This document shows positions 47,434-58,357 of a stretch of 64,000 nucleotides of DNA, piece after piece. Both the position numbers and the translations under genes were made by a program. The notes beneath the pieces are model-generated. The model searched no databases. It saw only the letters and a program-made list of their open reading frames with translations, and was not told where the DNA came from. Positions within the stretch are counted from its first letter, which is position 1, and each line of letters begins with the position of its first letter. This DNA is from an uncultured Candidatus Cloacimonadota bacterium (GTDB lineage Bacteria; Cloacimonadota; Cloacimonadia; Cloacimonadales; WRIO01), in contig CAZNKI010000010.1 in assembly GCA_964573665.1 (NCBI GenBank), positions 1,883-65,882 of the forward strand. Reading direction: 5' to 3'.

Positions 47434-48291
47434 ATGGCTAATTTAAGAGATTTGAGAACTCGAATCAACTCCATCAAGAATACTAAGCAAATCACAAATG
47501 CGATGAAGATGGTCGCTGCTGCAAAATTGAGAAAATCACAAGATGCCGTAGTAAAATCTCGTCCTTATTCTGATTATGTAGATAAGATGTTACGCTTGTT
47601 ACAAAAGAAAAATAACACTAATCCACATCCAATGTTGATTTCTCCAAATAAGAATGGGAAAGTATTATTACTCATCGTTACTGGTGACAGAGGCTTATGC
47701 GGTTCTTTCAATTCGAGTATTACCCGATATGCAAATCATTACATCAAAGATAATCCAAACGTTTCTTTTGATGTTTTTTGTATTGGCCGAAAAGGCTATG
47801 ATTCTTTCAAAAGAAAAGTGACTGTGATGAATCATTTTAGCGGTATTGGCGAAAATGTTAGTTTTGATGTAATTGACCCCATTCGAGAATCATTGTTACA
47901 GGTCTATTCATCTGGAGATTATGCTCGGGTAGAAGTGATCTTTAACGAATTTAAATCAGCAATTCAGCAAGACTTGGTGTGCAAACAACTTTTACCTGTT
48001 GTTCCATCTGAAACTGAAGATATCTCTATGGTTGATTTTATTTATGAACCTGATGAAAATTCTCTGATTGAAGAACTTTGTATCAAGTACATTAATGTGG
48101 AACTTTGGCGTGTTCTTTTAGAATCAAATGCAGCGGAACAAGGCGCTCGTATGACAGCTATGGATAATGCTACCAATAATGCCAGCGATTTAATCAATCA
48201 GTTAAGTTTACAATACAATCGTGAGCGTCAAGCTCAAATTACGACAGAAATTATCGAAGTTGCTTCAGGCGCTGAAGCAATCAAACAATAA
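47434..48291 (+). CDS. atpG: F-type ATP synthase subunit gamma
   Basis: 285 aa. N-terminal LRDLRTRINSIKNTKQITNAMKMVAAAKLRK and C-terminal NRERQAQITTEIIEVASGAEA. Confidence 0.93.
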   Translation: MANLRDLRTRINSIKNTKQITNAMKMVAAAKLRKSQDAVVKSRPYSDYVDKMLRLLQKKNNTNPHPMLISPNKNGKVLLLIVTGDRGLCGSFNSSITRYANHYIKDNPNVSFDVFCIGRKGYDSFKRKVTVMNHFSGIGENVSFDVIDPIRESLLQVYSSGDYARVEVIFNEFKSAIQQDLVCKQLLPVVPSETEDISMVDFIYEPDENSLIEELCIKYINVELWRVLLESNAAEQGARMTAMDNATNNASDLINQLSLQYNRERQAQITTEIIEVASGAEAIKQ

Positions 48292-48323
48292 TTATTAATG
48301 GATCGCAGATTATTCTGCGATGA

Positions 48324-49736
<1,413 letters not shown>

Positions 49737-49749
49737 AATGGAATGATCT

Positions 49750-50148
49750 ATGAGTAATATACATGTTGAAATCGTACAACCAACGGGTGTTAAGCTCGAT
49801 TTGATGATAGATTCGATTATCCTGCCCGGTATAGATGGCGATTTTGAGGTACTTGCGGATCATACACCATTTATTACCAAGCTTAGACCAGGGACTCTTT
49901 TCATCCAGAAAGAGGATCAGGAAATTAAATATGCCATTCATGACGGATTTGTTACTGTCGAGAATAATCGTATTATTGTTATTTCTGATACAGTAGAGTC
50001 TTCATCTGAAATCGATATCAAGCGTGCCGAAGCTGCAAAAGAAAGAGCAGAAAAACGTCTGTTTTCAGAAAATAAAGAATCAGTTGATTTTAGACGGGCT
50101 GAGATTGCACTTCATCGTGCAATTGCTCGAATTAATACAATTTCCTAA
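49750..50148 (+). CDS. atpC: F-type ATP synthase subunit epsilon
   Basis: 132 aa. N-terminal beta-sandwich and a C-terminal helical hairpin (IDIKRAEAAKERAEKRL). Last gene of the operon. Confidence 0.9.
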   Translation: MSNIHVEIVQPTGVKLDLMIDSIILPGIDGDFEVLADHTPFITKLRPGTLFIQKEDQEIKYAIHDGFVTVENNRIIVISDTVESSSEIDIKRAEAAKERAEKRLFSENKESVDFRRAEIALHRAIARINTIS

Positions 50149-50155
50149 TTATTTG

Positions 50156-50192
50156 TAGCACTATGTTTACGAACATAGTGCTATCTGTTTTC
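50156..50192 (+). terminator. Rho-independent terminator of the atp operon
   Basis: Perfect 12-bp stem TAGCACTATGTT (50156-50167) / AACATAGTGCTA (50172-50183) with loop TACG, followed by TCTGTTTTCTT. Confidence 0.85.
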
Positions 50193-50194
50193 TT

Positions 50195-51235
50195 ATGAAT
50201 CATTCAATAAAGGACTTAAATTATTCTACTATTGACATGATGAAATTCATCGCTTCAATATTAGTCATTTGTATTCACACCCATCCATTATTTCATATTC
50301 AAAAAGATGTTAACTATTTCTTTGTTCATTTAATTACACGAATTGCAGTACCGTTTTTCTTTATAAGTTCAGGTTTTTTCTTTTATAAAAAAATTAATAA
50401 AGAAGGTTATCAGATTAAGTTTCTCTTCAAATATTTAAAAAGATTATGTTTTATCTTTGGAATATGGTTTTTGATTTACTTTCCTTTTTCATTTATTTTT
50501 CCATATCTAAAATTGCAGCATCATCAAAACCAAATGATCCAAAAATATCTGTTTTCAATCATCTACATAGGCAGTTTTAGCCATCTATGGTTTTTTCCTG
50601 CTTTGATTCTCTCAATTACCTTACTGTTCTTTTTGTCTCAATGGATCAAGTTGCGAATCCTTCTTTTATTGTCAGTTGCCTTGTACTTATTTGGTACTTT
50701 AGGAGATACTTATTACCAGCTTCAAACGATCAAAACGATTGAAATCATACATACCTGGATCAGAAGTGAGTTTTGGACAAGTCGAAATGGCTTGTTTTTT
50801 GGTTTACCTTTTGTGACTATTGGTGCAATAATATCATGCTTAAAAATTAACGCTATCTCAAAAAAGATGATTGATCTTGGGGTGTTATTTTCTTCACTAC
50901 TTTTGCTTGCGGAATTTATTTTCATAAAAGAAAATCAATGGGCGATTGACTATAATATGTATATTATGTTGATGCCATTTAGTTTTTTCTTCTTTTTATA
51001 CCTGATTACTTCAAAAAGAGTATATACTAATAGCTCTATGTTAAGAGATTTTTCTTTGCTGATATACGGATTCCATTACATACCTGTAGCATTAATACGA
51101 GTTCTTCAGGATTATCATGTGATAGGGAGTGTATACAATCATTATACATTCTTGATTTCTTTAAGTTCTTCTCTTCTATTCTCCTATGTTTTCATTAGAC
51201 TTACAACAAAAAAACCCGACCTAAGTCGGGTTTAA
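50195..51235 (+). CDS. Acyltransferase family 3 (OafA-like) integral membrane protein
   Basis: 346 aa, ~10 TM helices. N-terminal MKFIASILVICIHTHP and RIAVPFFFISSGFF motifs typical of acyltransferase_3. Confidence 0.7.
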   Translation: MNHSIKDLNYSTIDMMKFIASILVICIHTHPLFHIQKDVNYFFVHLITRIAVPFFFISSGFFFYKKINKEGYQIKFLFKYLKRLCFIFGIWFLIYFPFSFIFPYLKLQHHQNQMIQKYLFSIIYIGSFSHLWFFPALILSITLLFFLSQWIKLRILLLLSVALYLFGTLGDTYYQLQTIKTIEIIHTWIRSEFWTSRNGLFFGLPFVTIGAIISCLKINAISKKMIDLGVLFSSLLLLAEFIFIKENQWAIDYNMYIMLMPFSFFFFLYLITSKRVYTNSSMLRDFSLLIYGFHYIPVALIRVLQDYHVIGSVYNHYTFLISLSSSLLFSYVFIRLTTKKPDLSRV

Positions 51236-51236
51236 A
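51206..51236. terminator. Bidirectional hairpin terminator between convergent genes
   Basis: AAACCCGAC (51212-51220) / GTCGGGTTT (51225-51233), loop CTAA. The A-run on the plus side gives a T-run for the minus-strand ppiD-like gene. Overlaps the last codons of the acyltransferase gene. Confidence 0.7.
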
Positions 51237-51254
51237 ATGCTAGATATCTATTTA

Positions 51255-53039
51255 TTAATAGTATAAGTAACGTAAGTCTTCAACTTTTGCTTCTTCCATA
51301 ACTTTTCTATACCAGTCAGAGTAGAATGCATTTTGTTTTTTCATTTTATATTCTTCGATTAACTTTACTTTATCTCGGTTCCAAACATTCATATCAGGTT
51401 TAATTCTCTCGCTTGCAAATGCGATAAATATACCGTTTTCTGTTTTAATCACTTTTGAATACTGATTTGGATTGAGTGCAAGAATTGCAATGTTTAAATC
51501 TTTGTTTAATCCAATTTCTGGTAAACTTGTTTCATTATTGATTTGTGCAAAATCGATAACTCTCCAGCCTTCTGCTTCGGCATTGGCAAAATATTGCTCT
51601 GGAGCTGATTTTTTTGCGAATTCTTCAGCTAAAGCATTTGCTTTAGCTAATCTTTTTTCTTTATCTAATTTAAAACGAATCGCATCTTTGACCATATTGA
51701 AATCTTCAAAATGTTTACCTTTTTTTTCAGATAATTCACAAACAACATAAGAACCATTGTAGATTTTTAATGGTTTTTCAAGATAACCGACATTCTTTTT
51801 AAATGCTAATTTAATTAAATGAGGATATCTGCCGATTGATGGAATTGCCTGTGCTTTTTCATCAAATGGCATTGTCTCATCAATTTTTAATTTCATAGCT
51901 TCTGCTGCTTTTACAATACCTTTATCTTCTGCAAGTGCATGGAACTCATCAGCTTTGTCTCTGACGTCCATTTTAGTTTTTTCACTGGCTTTAATTGAGA
52001 TGAGAATATGACTTGCCTGAACTTCTGGTTCGCCTTTATCGTTTTTCTTCTGACCAGTCACTTTAACAATGTGCCAACCAAAATTGGTTTTAAATGGCTG
52101 ACTATATTGACCAACTGGAGTTGAAAAAGCTGCATTAGCAAATTCAGGTACCATTGAACCTTTACCAAAGAATCCAAGGTCTCCGCCTCTTGAAGCTGAT
52201 CCTGGGTCTTGTGAATATGATTTTGCTAATTCTGCAAAATCCTGTCCACTTTGTAAGTCCTGATAAATACGATCTATTTCTTCTTTCGCAATTGATATGT
52301 CTTCTTTGCTTGGGTTCAAGTCAAATCTAACAAACTTAAATTTTGCTGATGATTCTTTTTTGTAATCTTTTTCTTTATTTTTTTCGTAGTATGCTTTTAA
52401 TTCATCATCTTTGATTTCTTCTGTTGGTACTTTATTGTAATCAAAATAAATCAAACGGCCACTTGCAAAATCATTCTTGGCAATATATTCAATTCTTGCA
52501 GAATCATCAACGATTTTTGCTGTTGATTTTACCTTTTTTTCTAATAGTTCATAAGGTAAAGATGAGCGGAAATAAGTTTCAAGTTCATTAGCAAATTGCT
52601 CATTGCTGGTTAAAAGTGTCATATACTTCTGCTTATCAAAAACACCGTTTGTCTGGAATTGTGGGTAAGACATCAATTCAGCTGGTGGTTCATTTTGTAG
52701 TTTATTTAATACATCAGAGTCTGTCACTTTGACGTTATAACGTTTTAACTGTTTTTCCATAATTTTTTGGGTTACGAATCTCTGCCAGTATTCATCACTC
52801 ATACGTTGATAAGTCTGATCATCGATTTCCATATCAGGATTTTGTGCCTGTTGTTGAGAAATATATTGTCTTAATGCCTTGTCATAGTCTTGAAACAATA
52901 TTTTCTTGCCATATATTTTACCGACATATGGTTTTGGGTAAAATATCTCGGATATTCCCATTACTGCCATACCAAGTATAAATACAACGGCAATAAACCA
53001 AATAATCCACTTTTGATTTTTTCTTAAGCTCTCTAGCAT
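51255..53039 (-). CDS. PpiD/SurA-like periplasmic chaperone with parvulin-type PPIase domain
   Basis: ATG 53039 (MLESLRKNQKW...) is preceded by GGAGGA. N-terminal TM anchor. Parvulin motif GGDLGFFGKGSMVPEFANAAF...FGWHIVKV. Confidence 0.75.
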   Translation of the reverse strand: MLESLRKNQKWIIWFIAVVFILGMAVMGISEIFYPKPYVGKIYGKKILFQDYDKALRQYISQQQAQNPDMEIDDQTYQRMSDEYWQRFVTQKIMEKQLKRYNVKVTDSDVLNKLQNEPPAELMSYPQFQTNGVFDKQKYMTLLTSNEQFANELETYFRSSLPYELLEKKVKSTAKIVDDSARIEYIAKNDFASGRLIYFDYNKVPTEEIKDDELKAYYEKNKEKDYKKESSAKFKFVRFDLNPSKEDISIAKEEIDRIYQDLQSGQDFAELAKSYSQDPGSASRGGDLGFFGKGSMVPEFANAAFSTPVGQYSQPFKTNFGWHIVKVTGQKKNDKGEPEVQASHILISIKASEKTKMDVRDKADEFHALAEDKGIVKAAEAMKLKIDETMPFDEKAQAIPSIGRYPHLIKLAFKKNVGYLEKPLKIYNGSYVVCELSEKKGKHFEDFNMVKDAIRFKLDKEKRLAKANALAEEFAKKSAPEQYFANAEAEGWRVIDFAQINNETSLPEIGLNKDLNIAILALNPNQYSKVIKTENGIFIAFASERIKPDMNVWNRDKVKLIEEYKMKKQNAFYSDWYRKVMEEAKVEDLRYLYY

Positions 53040-53200
53040 CGCTTTCCTCCAAAGAATATAAATTCTCAATATAATAGATACAAAATTAAACTATCGTAAA
53101 TCAGTCAAGTAAAAAAGTGCTTTTAAACCATTTATCCATAAAATAGAGTTTTATTCATCATTTTCATTCTATCAAAACAAGAAAACATATACGTTAACAA

Positions 53201-53236
53201 CTAAAAAAAAGGATAAGAGCTGCCGAAACAGCTCTT
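53201..53236 (-). terminator. Rho-independent terminator downstream of the 53244..55229 gene
   Basis: AAGAGCTG (53215-53222) / CAGCTCTT (53229-53236) stem. On the minus strand it is followed by ATCC and a T8 run. Confidence 0.7.
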
Positions 53237-53243
53237 CATAATT

Positions 53244-55229
53244 TTATTCTTGAATTTCAAAAATCAATGAAGGAATCATCGACTGATATTCTTCACCAGA
53301 TATATCAAGTAGTTGATTATAAAATGATTTATCTTTCTTGATTTTATTAAAGGATCGTGTCTGAGCTATGATGATCTTGTTGTTTTCTACTGTATTTGTT
53401 GATTTGTAAAAACCAAAATCATTTTCTACAAAATGGTTTGACAACTTGTTATTGAATTTCCAGTTCTCAGGATATGAAATGCTTATGTTTTTAATGTATT
53501 CAAACTTCTGATCTACTGAAATTGGATTTTGTCTTTCATCTGTCTTGATTTTATACGTACTTATTGAGGCTGGGGATAGTAATCCATTGGTTTGGAATAT
53601 TACTTCATCAGGCATAACACTCACCAAGTTATCAATTGAATATTGAATGATTAGTTTTAATGGAAGGTGATTATTCTTCAAATTCTCAAATCGATATGAG
53701 ATGAGATTAATGTTCGCGTCATAAAATGTTAAAACTTTTCTGATATACTTATCGATCTCTTCTTTGTTGCTTTCCGATAAATTTGCTCTATAAGCAGATG
53801 CAATATCCTTATTAAACTCCATTGTTTCATTGACAGTAATCATTCCTTCTGAATCTACTATAATATCATAATCTTCTTTTATTCGAATCGGATCTATGGA
53901 ATCTTGCGGTAAATCTATGATCTGACCAAGTTTACTGGTATTTTCGGATTGATATGATTTGTAAACAAAGGGTTTATCTAAGATTAATGCCTTTTGACCG
54001 ATATACTTACTTGGGACATAACTGATATGATTATATTTATTCCATGGGAAAACAATATAATTTGTTGAATCAATCGTGATCAAAATCCCTGGATCTGTAA
54101 ATTGAGTGTATGAAATGTAATCCGGATCAAATGTCCCATCATTGATTGAGTGGCAGATTACAACCTGAGATTCAATCTCTGCTTCCTTTAAAAGTCTATT
54201 GGTTAAACCTGTAATTTTTAATGGATCACCCTTTTTTGAACTAATGAGTGAATTGTATGTGACATTGGTTAAATGATCTGCGACGATAAAGTTATTCTGC
54301 ACATATGTGACAATACTATCTGCTTTTTCATAGGCAGTAGTGCAATTTTTTGTAATTTCCTTAGCTGTTTTCAGGGATTTATTGCCAAAGAAAGATTGAT
54401 CGCTTAAGCAGTAGTCTGCAAAATCATCAAACAAATCATGCCAGTTTTTTGGTGCATCAAAATATATTGGGGATGCCATATTGTTAATGGTAATCTTCTT
54501 TAGATGAATTTCTAAATACTGATCCATTTCTTCAAGACTTGGAGCGTAAGATTCATTTTTAAAACCTGGGAGATTCTTTGCTGAGTATGTGATCATGCTT
54601 CTTTTACTTAGACTGTCGCTCGATGTCTTAACATTGTTTTTACTTACTTCATTTTGCTTGATTTGAGAGATCCACTCAGTTGGGTATTTGAAAACAAAAT
54701 CATAGTTTAAGGTAGGTATATTGAATTGAAGTGGAATCGTATGAAATTGACTGTTATAATATTTTGAGTATTCGATACTTTCCTGAATAATGCATCCTTG
54801 TGTGATATTCGGATAAGCAATCTTATATGTGGTTTCATTGGATGAGTTGGTCTCAGAATGACAGTCCGAAAGTGTATATTCCAGATATTCATTGTTAGGA
54901 TAGAATACTCTGAGATTTATGTTGAGTATTTTATTTGAAGGATGACTGACAGCTTTAAAGGTAGTGTATCTTTCTGAATTTGGATTAATAATCAGGTAGC
55001 TTGTATAATCTATGGTTTTCTTCTCCCAGTATGACGGATAACAATGCTCAATGTAAAATTGCTTATCTAATATCACAGCATCATAGCTTTTGTGATCTGA
55101 TAATAATTGCTTTTTCTGATCTTCACTGATTTCTGGGATTGTAGGTACTTTATATATAATCGTTGGCTTGTAAGTTGTACAGGAACTGATCAGTACTGCT
55201 ACAATGAGTATAATAAACAAATTTTTCAT
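53244..55229 (-). CDS. Lipoprotein, transglutaminase-like paralogue lacking the catalytic Cys
   Basis: Lipobox LISSC. The region KKGDPLKITGLTNRLLKEAEIESQVV aligns to SYGDCKDFSYLIKTLAKQCNVEVELAL of the upstream gene, with Cys replaced by Pro. Confidence 0.5.
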   Translation of the reverse strand: MKNLFIILIVAVLISSCTTYKPTIIYKVPTIPEISEDQKKQLLSDHKSYDAVILDKQFYIEHCYPSYWEKKTIDYTSYLIINPNSERYTTFKAVSHPSNKILNINLRVFYPNNEYLEYTLSDCHSETNSSNETTYKIAYPNITQGCIIQESIEYSKYYNSQFHTIPLQFNIPTLNYDFVFKYPTEWISQIKQNEVSKNNVKTSSDSLSKRSMITYSAKNLPGFKNESYAPSLEEMDQYLEIHLKKITINNMASPIYFDAPKNWHDLFDDFADYCLSDQSFFGNKSLKTAKEITKNCTTAYEKADSIVTYVQNNFIVADHLTNVTYNSLISSKKGDPLKITGLTNRLLKEAEIESQVVICHSINDGTFDPDYISYTQFTDPGILITIDSTNYIVFPWNKYNHISYVPSKYIGQKALILDKPFVYKSYQSENTSKLGQIIDLPQDSIDPIRIKEDYDIIVDSEGMITVNETMEFNKDIASAYRANLSESNKEEIDKYIRKVLTFYDANINLISYRFENLKNNHLPLKLIIQYSIDNLVSVMPDEVIFQTNGLLSPASISTYKIKTDERQNPISVDQKFEYIKNISISYPENWKFNNKLSNHFVENDFGFYKSTNTVENNKIIIAQTRSFNKIKKDKSFYNQLLDISGEEYQSMIPSLIFEIQE

Positions 55230-57185
55230 TTATTCTCCTTTTTTAAATATATACATATCTTTTTTTTGATTAATTAGTTTCTCAAAGAGACTCAGTATCT
55301 CTGTTTTCTCTTGTTGTTTATAAATCTTTGGTTGAATCTGGAGCTTATAACTTAAAACATTTTCTTCTCCGTGATGTTCAAGCTTTGAATGATAATAAAA
55401 ACTCTGATGTTCAATGATATCTGATTGATCATCAAACAGATTCAATTTCTTAGGTAAGGTCATTGTAAGATGGATATCGATTGGCATTTTTATGAATAAG
55501 CCATACTGATCATCTCTTCTTTTCAAAATTTCATTGCTCGTGACGATGAACGCCTGTTTACGTATATATGTCTTTTTGTCAGATTGAATAAAGAATTTTG
55601 ATAAATCAACATCACTTTCAATTATGACTAAACTATCTGATACACTGCTTTTCTTGAAATTCTTAAAGCTTAAATGCGCAAAATTACTTGAAGTTATTTC
55701 TGAAAGGAAGTTGTTCGTTGTTATGTCATCCATTGAAGTCTGATTGAACATGAATGATGATTTAAGCGCACGTCTGAATTCTATCTTTGCGGTTCCGCTG
55801 TTGGGTATCTCTTCACTGCATTGGATGCTGATATACATTTCAGATTGACCTTCAATTGGAGGAAAGTATTCTATCTCTTTTTGATTAGGATTAAGAATCA
55901 AGTAAGGTAAATTGTAAAAATCTCGAGGTACTTCTCCAAAATTACAATACTGATCAGTAGCATCCATATAATACACCTGATCATTGCTTTTATAAACAGC
56001 AATCATATGATTAAATGCTTCGAGACTTATTGGATTTAATAAAGGTATGATTTGGGTGTTTAACAGCGCTAATTCAACCTCTACGTTACATTGTTTTGCT
56101 AATGTTTTTATGAGATAAGAAAAGTCCTTGCAATCTCCGTATGAGTTTTGCAAAACTTCAATTGGATTATGTGGATAAATGGTGTAGATTGAATCTGATT
56201 TGCTAATATATCGGATATTTTTTTGTACAAAGTTAAAGATCACTTGCAGTTTTTCAAGATCATTGCTTTTTGTATTTGTTGTATTGATCAGATCCAACAA
56301 TCTGCTTTTTAAGACAGGGGTAGTTCCGATCGCCTTAAAGTACACATATTTTTTTTGCTTTTCAGTGATGTTCTTGTCGGTTAGAACGCTATCCAGGATG
56401 ATTGTTTCATTTCCAGGAAACTTTGTGAGCATGTCAATATAAAGCTTAAAATCGTTAGGGTATTCTGGAAATTTCTCAAGATATTTTTGGATGAGATCTG
56501 AGGGCTGAGATGGATTGAGAATCTGCCCATCCTTTGAAATTTCAATATGTAGATAGGCAAAATTATTGGAATTATTAAAATACTCTGTAGAATTGAGGTA
56601 ATTGAGAGAATCGAAAATGACACTCACATAGTCTGCTTTATTAATGATTCTGTGTGATAGAGAATCTTCTATAAATATTGGCGTGACTTTTACTTTTAAT
56701 TCTTTAGGAAAGTAGATTTCAAAATTCATCCTTTTCAATGATTTCCTGCGAGGGATATTGATGAATACCATATCTTTAATTGATTTAAATTCGTATTGCT
56801 GTTTGATTGTAAAAACATCCCCAATTTTCTGATCATTCTTTAACTGAACATAATGAATTTTCTGGTCTGACTGAAAACTGTTGTCATCGCTATAGTATTC
56901 CCAGTATCGATATGGAAATGTTGTGAAATTATTGATTGAAAATGAAGTGTTTAGCAGTTTGCCTTCTGGATCTTCAAAAAATGAAAATTTCTTCATCTGT
57001 TCTGATTGCTTCGTCATATAGGTATAGCTATAAATATGCTCAAGATTAAAAGAATATTCTTTGCTGTTGAAACCTTTAAATAATCTTAGTGAGTAGTATT
57101 GAGAAACATCAAAGTCATTTTCAGCATAAAGAATACTAAAATATAAACAAAATAACACAAAGATGGTACATGTAAGTTTTTTCAT
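55230..57185 (-). CDS. Transglutaminase-like domain protein (DUF3857/DUF3858-type architecture)
   Basis: Signal peptide. Putative Cys-His-Asp triad context GDCKDFS ... FNHMIAVY ... YYMDATD. Its stop abuts the next start (TAAATG). Confidence 0.65.
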   Translation of the reverse strand: MKKLTCTIFVLFCLYFSILYAENDFDVSQYYSLRLFKGFNSKEYSFNLEHIYSYTYMTKQSEQMKKFSFFEDPEGKLLNTSFSINNFTTFPYRYWEYYSDDNSFQSDQKIHYVQLKNDQKIGDVFTIKQQYEFKSIKDMVFINIPRRKSLKRMNFEIYFPKELKVKVTPIFIEDSLSHRIINKADYVSVIFDSLNYLNSTEYFNNSNNFAYLHIEISKDGQILNPSQPSDLIQKYLEKFPEYPNDFKLYIDMLTKFPGNETIILDSVLTDKNITEKQKKYVYFKAIGTTPVLKSRLLDLINTTNTKSNDLEKLQVIFNFVQKNIRYISKSDSIYTIYPHNPIEVLQNSYGDCKDFSYLIKTLAKQCNVEVELALLNTQIIPLLNPISLEAFNHMIAVYKSNDQVYYMDATDQYCNFGEVPRDFYNLPYLILNPNQKEIEYFPPIEGQSEMYISIQCSEEIPNSGTAKIEFRRALKSSFMFNQTSMDDITTNNFLSEITSSNFAHLSFKNFKKSSVSDSLVIIESDVDLSKFFIQSDKKTYIRKQAFIVTSNEILKRRDDQYGLFIKMPIDIHLTMTLPKKLNLFDDQSDIIEHQSFYYHSKLEHHGEENVLSYKLQIQPKIYKQQEKTEILSLFEKLINQKKDMYIFKKGE

Positions 57186-57319
57186 ACAGTTTCCTTTAAA
57201 ATTTTTTATAAAAGTTATATAATAGAAAATATTGTCAAGAACTTTTTGAAAAAATGTTGGCTGTTTCAGAGCTTTGCTTGATTAAAAGTGATAAAAATTA
57301 CTTATTGAGTCTTAATCTA

Positions 57320-57997
57320 TTAAATCATTGAAACAAATTTTGAATATTGAGGTATAAAAGCAGATAATTGATATTGTTCATAGAAATGATATGCACTAAA
57401 CATAAGCAATCCAAATATCAAAGCTGTACTCAAAAAAGGCATAATTCTCTGTAAGAATTGTGTGAAATTATTACCAAAGTTTTCTACAGAATGAATAATG
57501 ATCACCCAAACAAGGACTGCTCCAAATACTAAACCACTCACAATCCAAAAAATCGAATACATGCTATTACTGCTTTGACTGATTTGTAATATATTAAAAA
57601 GCATTAAAAATGTGAGAATAGTTGATGGATTGCTTAAACAAAGCAGTAATGATTTTTTGTACTCTTTCTTGCGAGAGATTTTTCTTTTAGATATCACTTG
57701 AGAGAAATCAAGTCTTTTGATTTTAAAGTACTGAACAAAAAGAAATATACTTAAAAAGAGGATGTTAATGATGCTGATAAATAACTGATGTTGTCTGATC
57801 AGTAGATTTACCTGACTAAAACCCAACGTAATTAAAAGCGCAAAGATCAGATCTGCTGTAATAATCCCCATTCCAGCAGGAATCCCAGCTCTCTTTCCAT
57901 GTAGTAGCGTCTTTTCTACCGCTCTTAAACTCACAGGTCCTGTCGGTGCTGCGACGATGATACCTGCTATTGCGCCTTTAATAATCAGATCTAACAT
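57320..57997 (-). CDS. LysE/RhtB-type amino-acid exporter family membrane protein
   Basis: 225 aa, ~6 TM helices. The N-terminal GPVSLRAVEKTL...GIPAGMGIITADLIF pattern resembles LysE-family translocators. Confidence 0.55.
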   Translation of the reverse strand: MLDLIIKGAIAGIIVAAPTGPVSLRAVEKTLLHGKRAGIPAGMGIITADLIFALLITLGFSQVNLLIRQHQLFISIINILFLSIFLFVQYFKIKRLDFSQVISKRKISRKKEYKKSLLLCLSNPSTILTFLMLFNILQISQSSNSMYSIFWIVSGLVFGAVLVWVIIIHSVENFGNNFTQFLQRIMPFLSTALIFGLLMFSAYHFYEQYQLSAFIPQYSKFVSMI

Positions 57998-58171
57998 TTT
58001 TACCTCAGAGGCTATAAAATTAAGTGTATTGAACTTGTAAAGGAAAATTTTTAATTCTTAATTTTATTGAACTCCTATACCATTATTTCTCATAGATATT
58101 TTATAGTTTTATGATCTTGATTTTAACAAAATATCCCTCATTTCTGTTATTTACATTGCTTAAATATGTGA

Positions 58172-58215
58172 GTAGAGGGCAAGGGAGAGGCAAGAGAGAG
58201 ACAAGTGAGAAAGAA
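58172..58215 (+). repeat. Four tandem 11-bp purine-rich repeats, related to the units in the 18.7/39.3-kb inverted repeats
   Basis: GTAGAGGGCAA / GGGAGAGGCAA / GAGAGAGACAA / GTGAGAAAGAA at 58172, 58183, 58194 and 58205. The first unit is identical to the reverse complement of 39353-39363. A TTGATATAAA half-palindrome follows at 58256. Confidence 0.8.
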
Positions 58216-58284
58216 ATCTGTGAAAAGTAAAGAATAATCTTACCATTAACATCAGTTGATATAAAGTAGATCTGTACAAATATT

Positions 58285-58329
58285 TGAGGTAGCTATCTTT
58301 ATACTGTCAGGAAATTGACAGCTACCTCA
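58285..58329 (-). terminator. Compound hairpin downstream of the GLUG-repeat gene (possible terminator)
   Basis: TGAGGTAGC (58285-58293) / GCTACCTCA (58321-58329), enclosing CTGTCA/TGACAG. Only a weak T-tract follows on the minus strand. Confidence 0.4.
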
Positions 58330-58357
58330 TATTTAAAAAATATCGATTTAGTTATTA

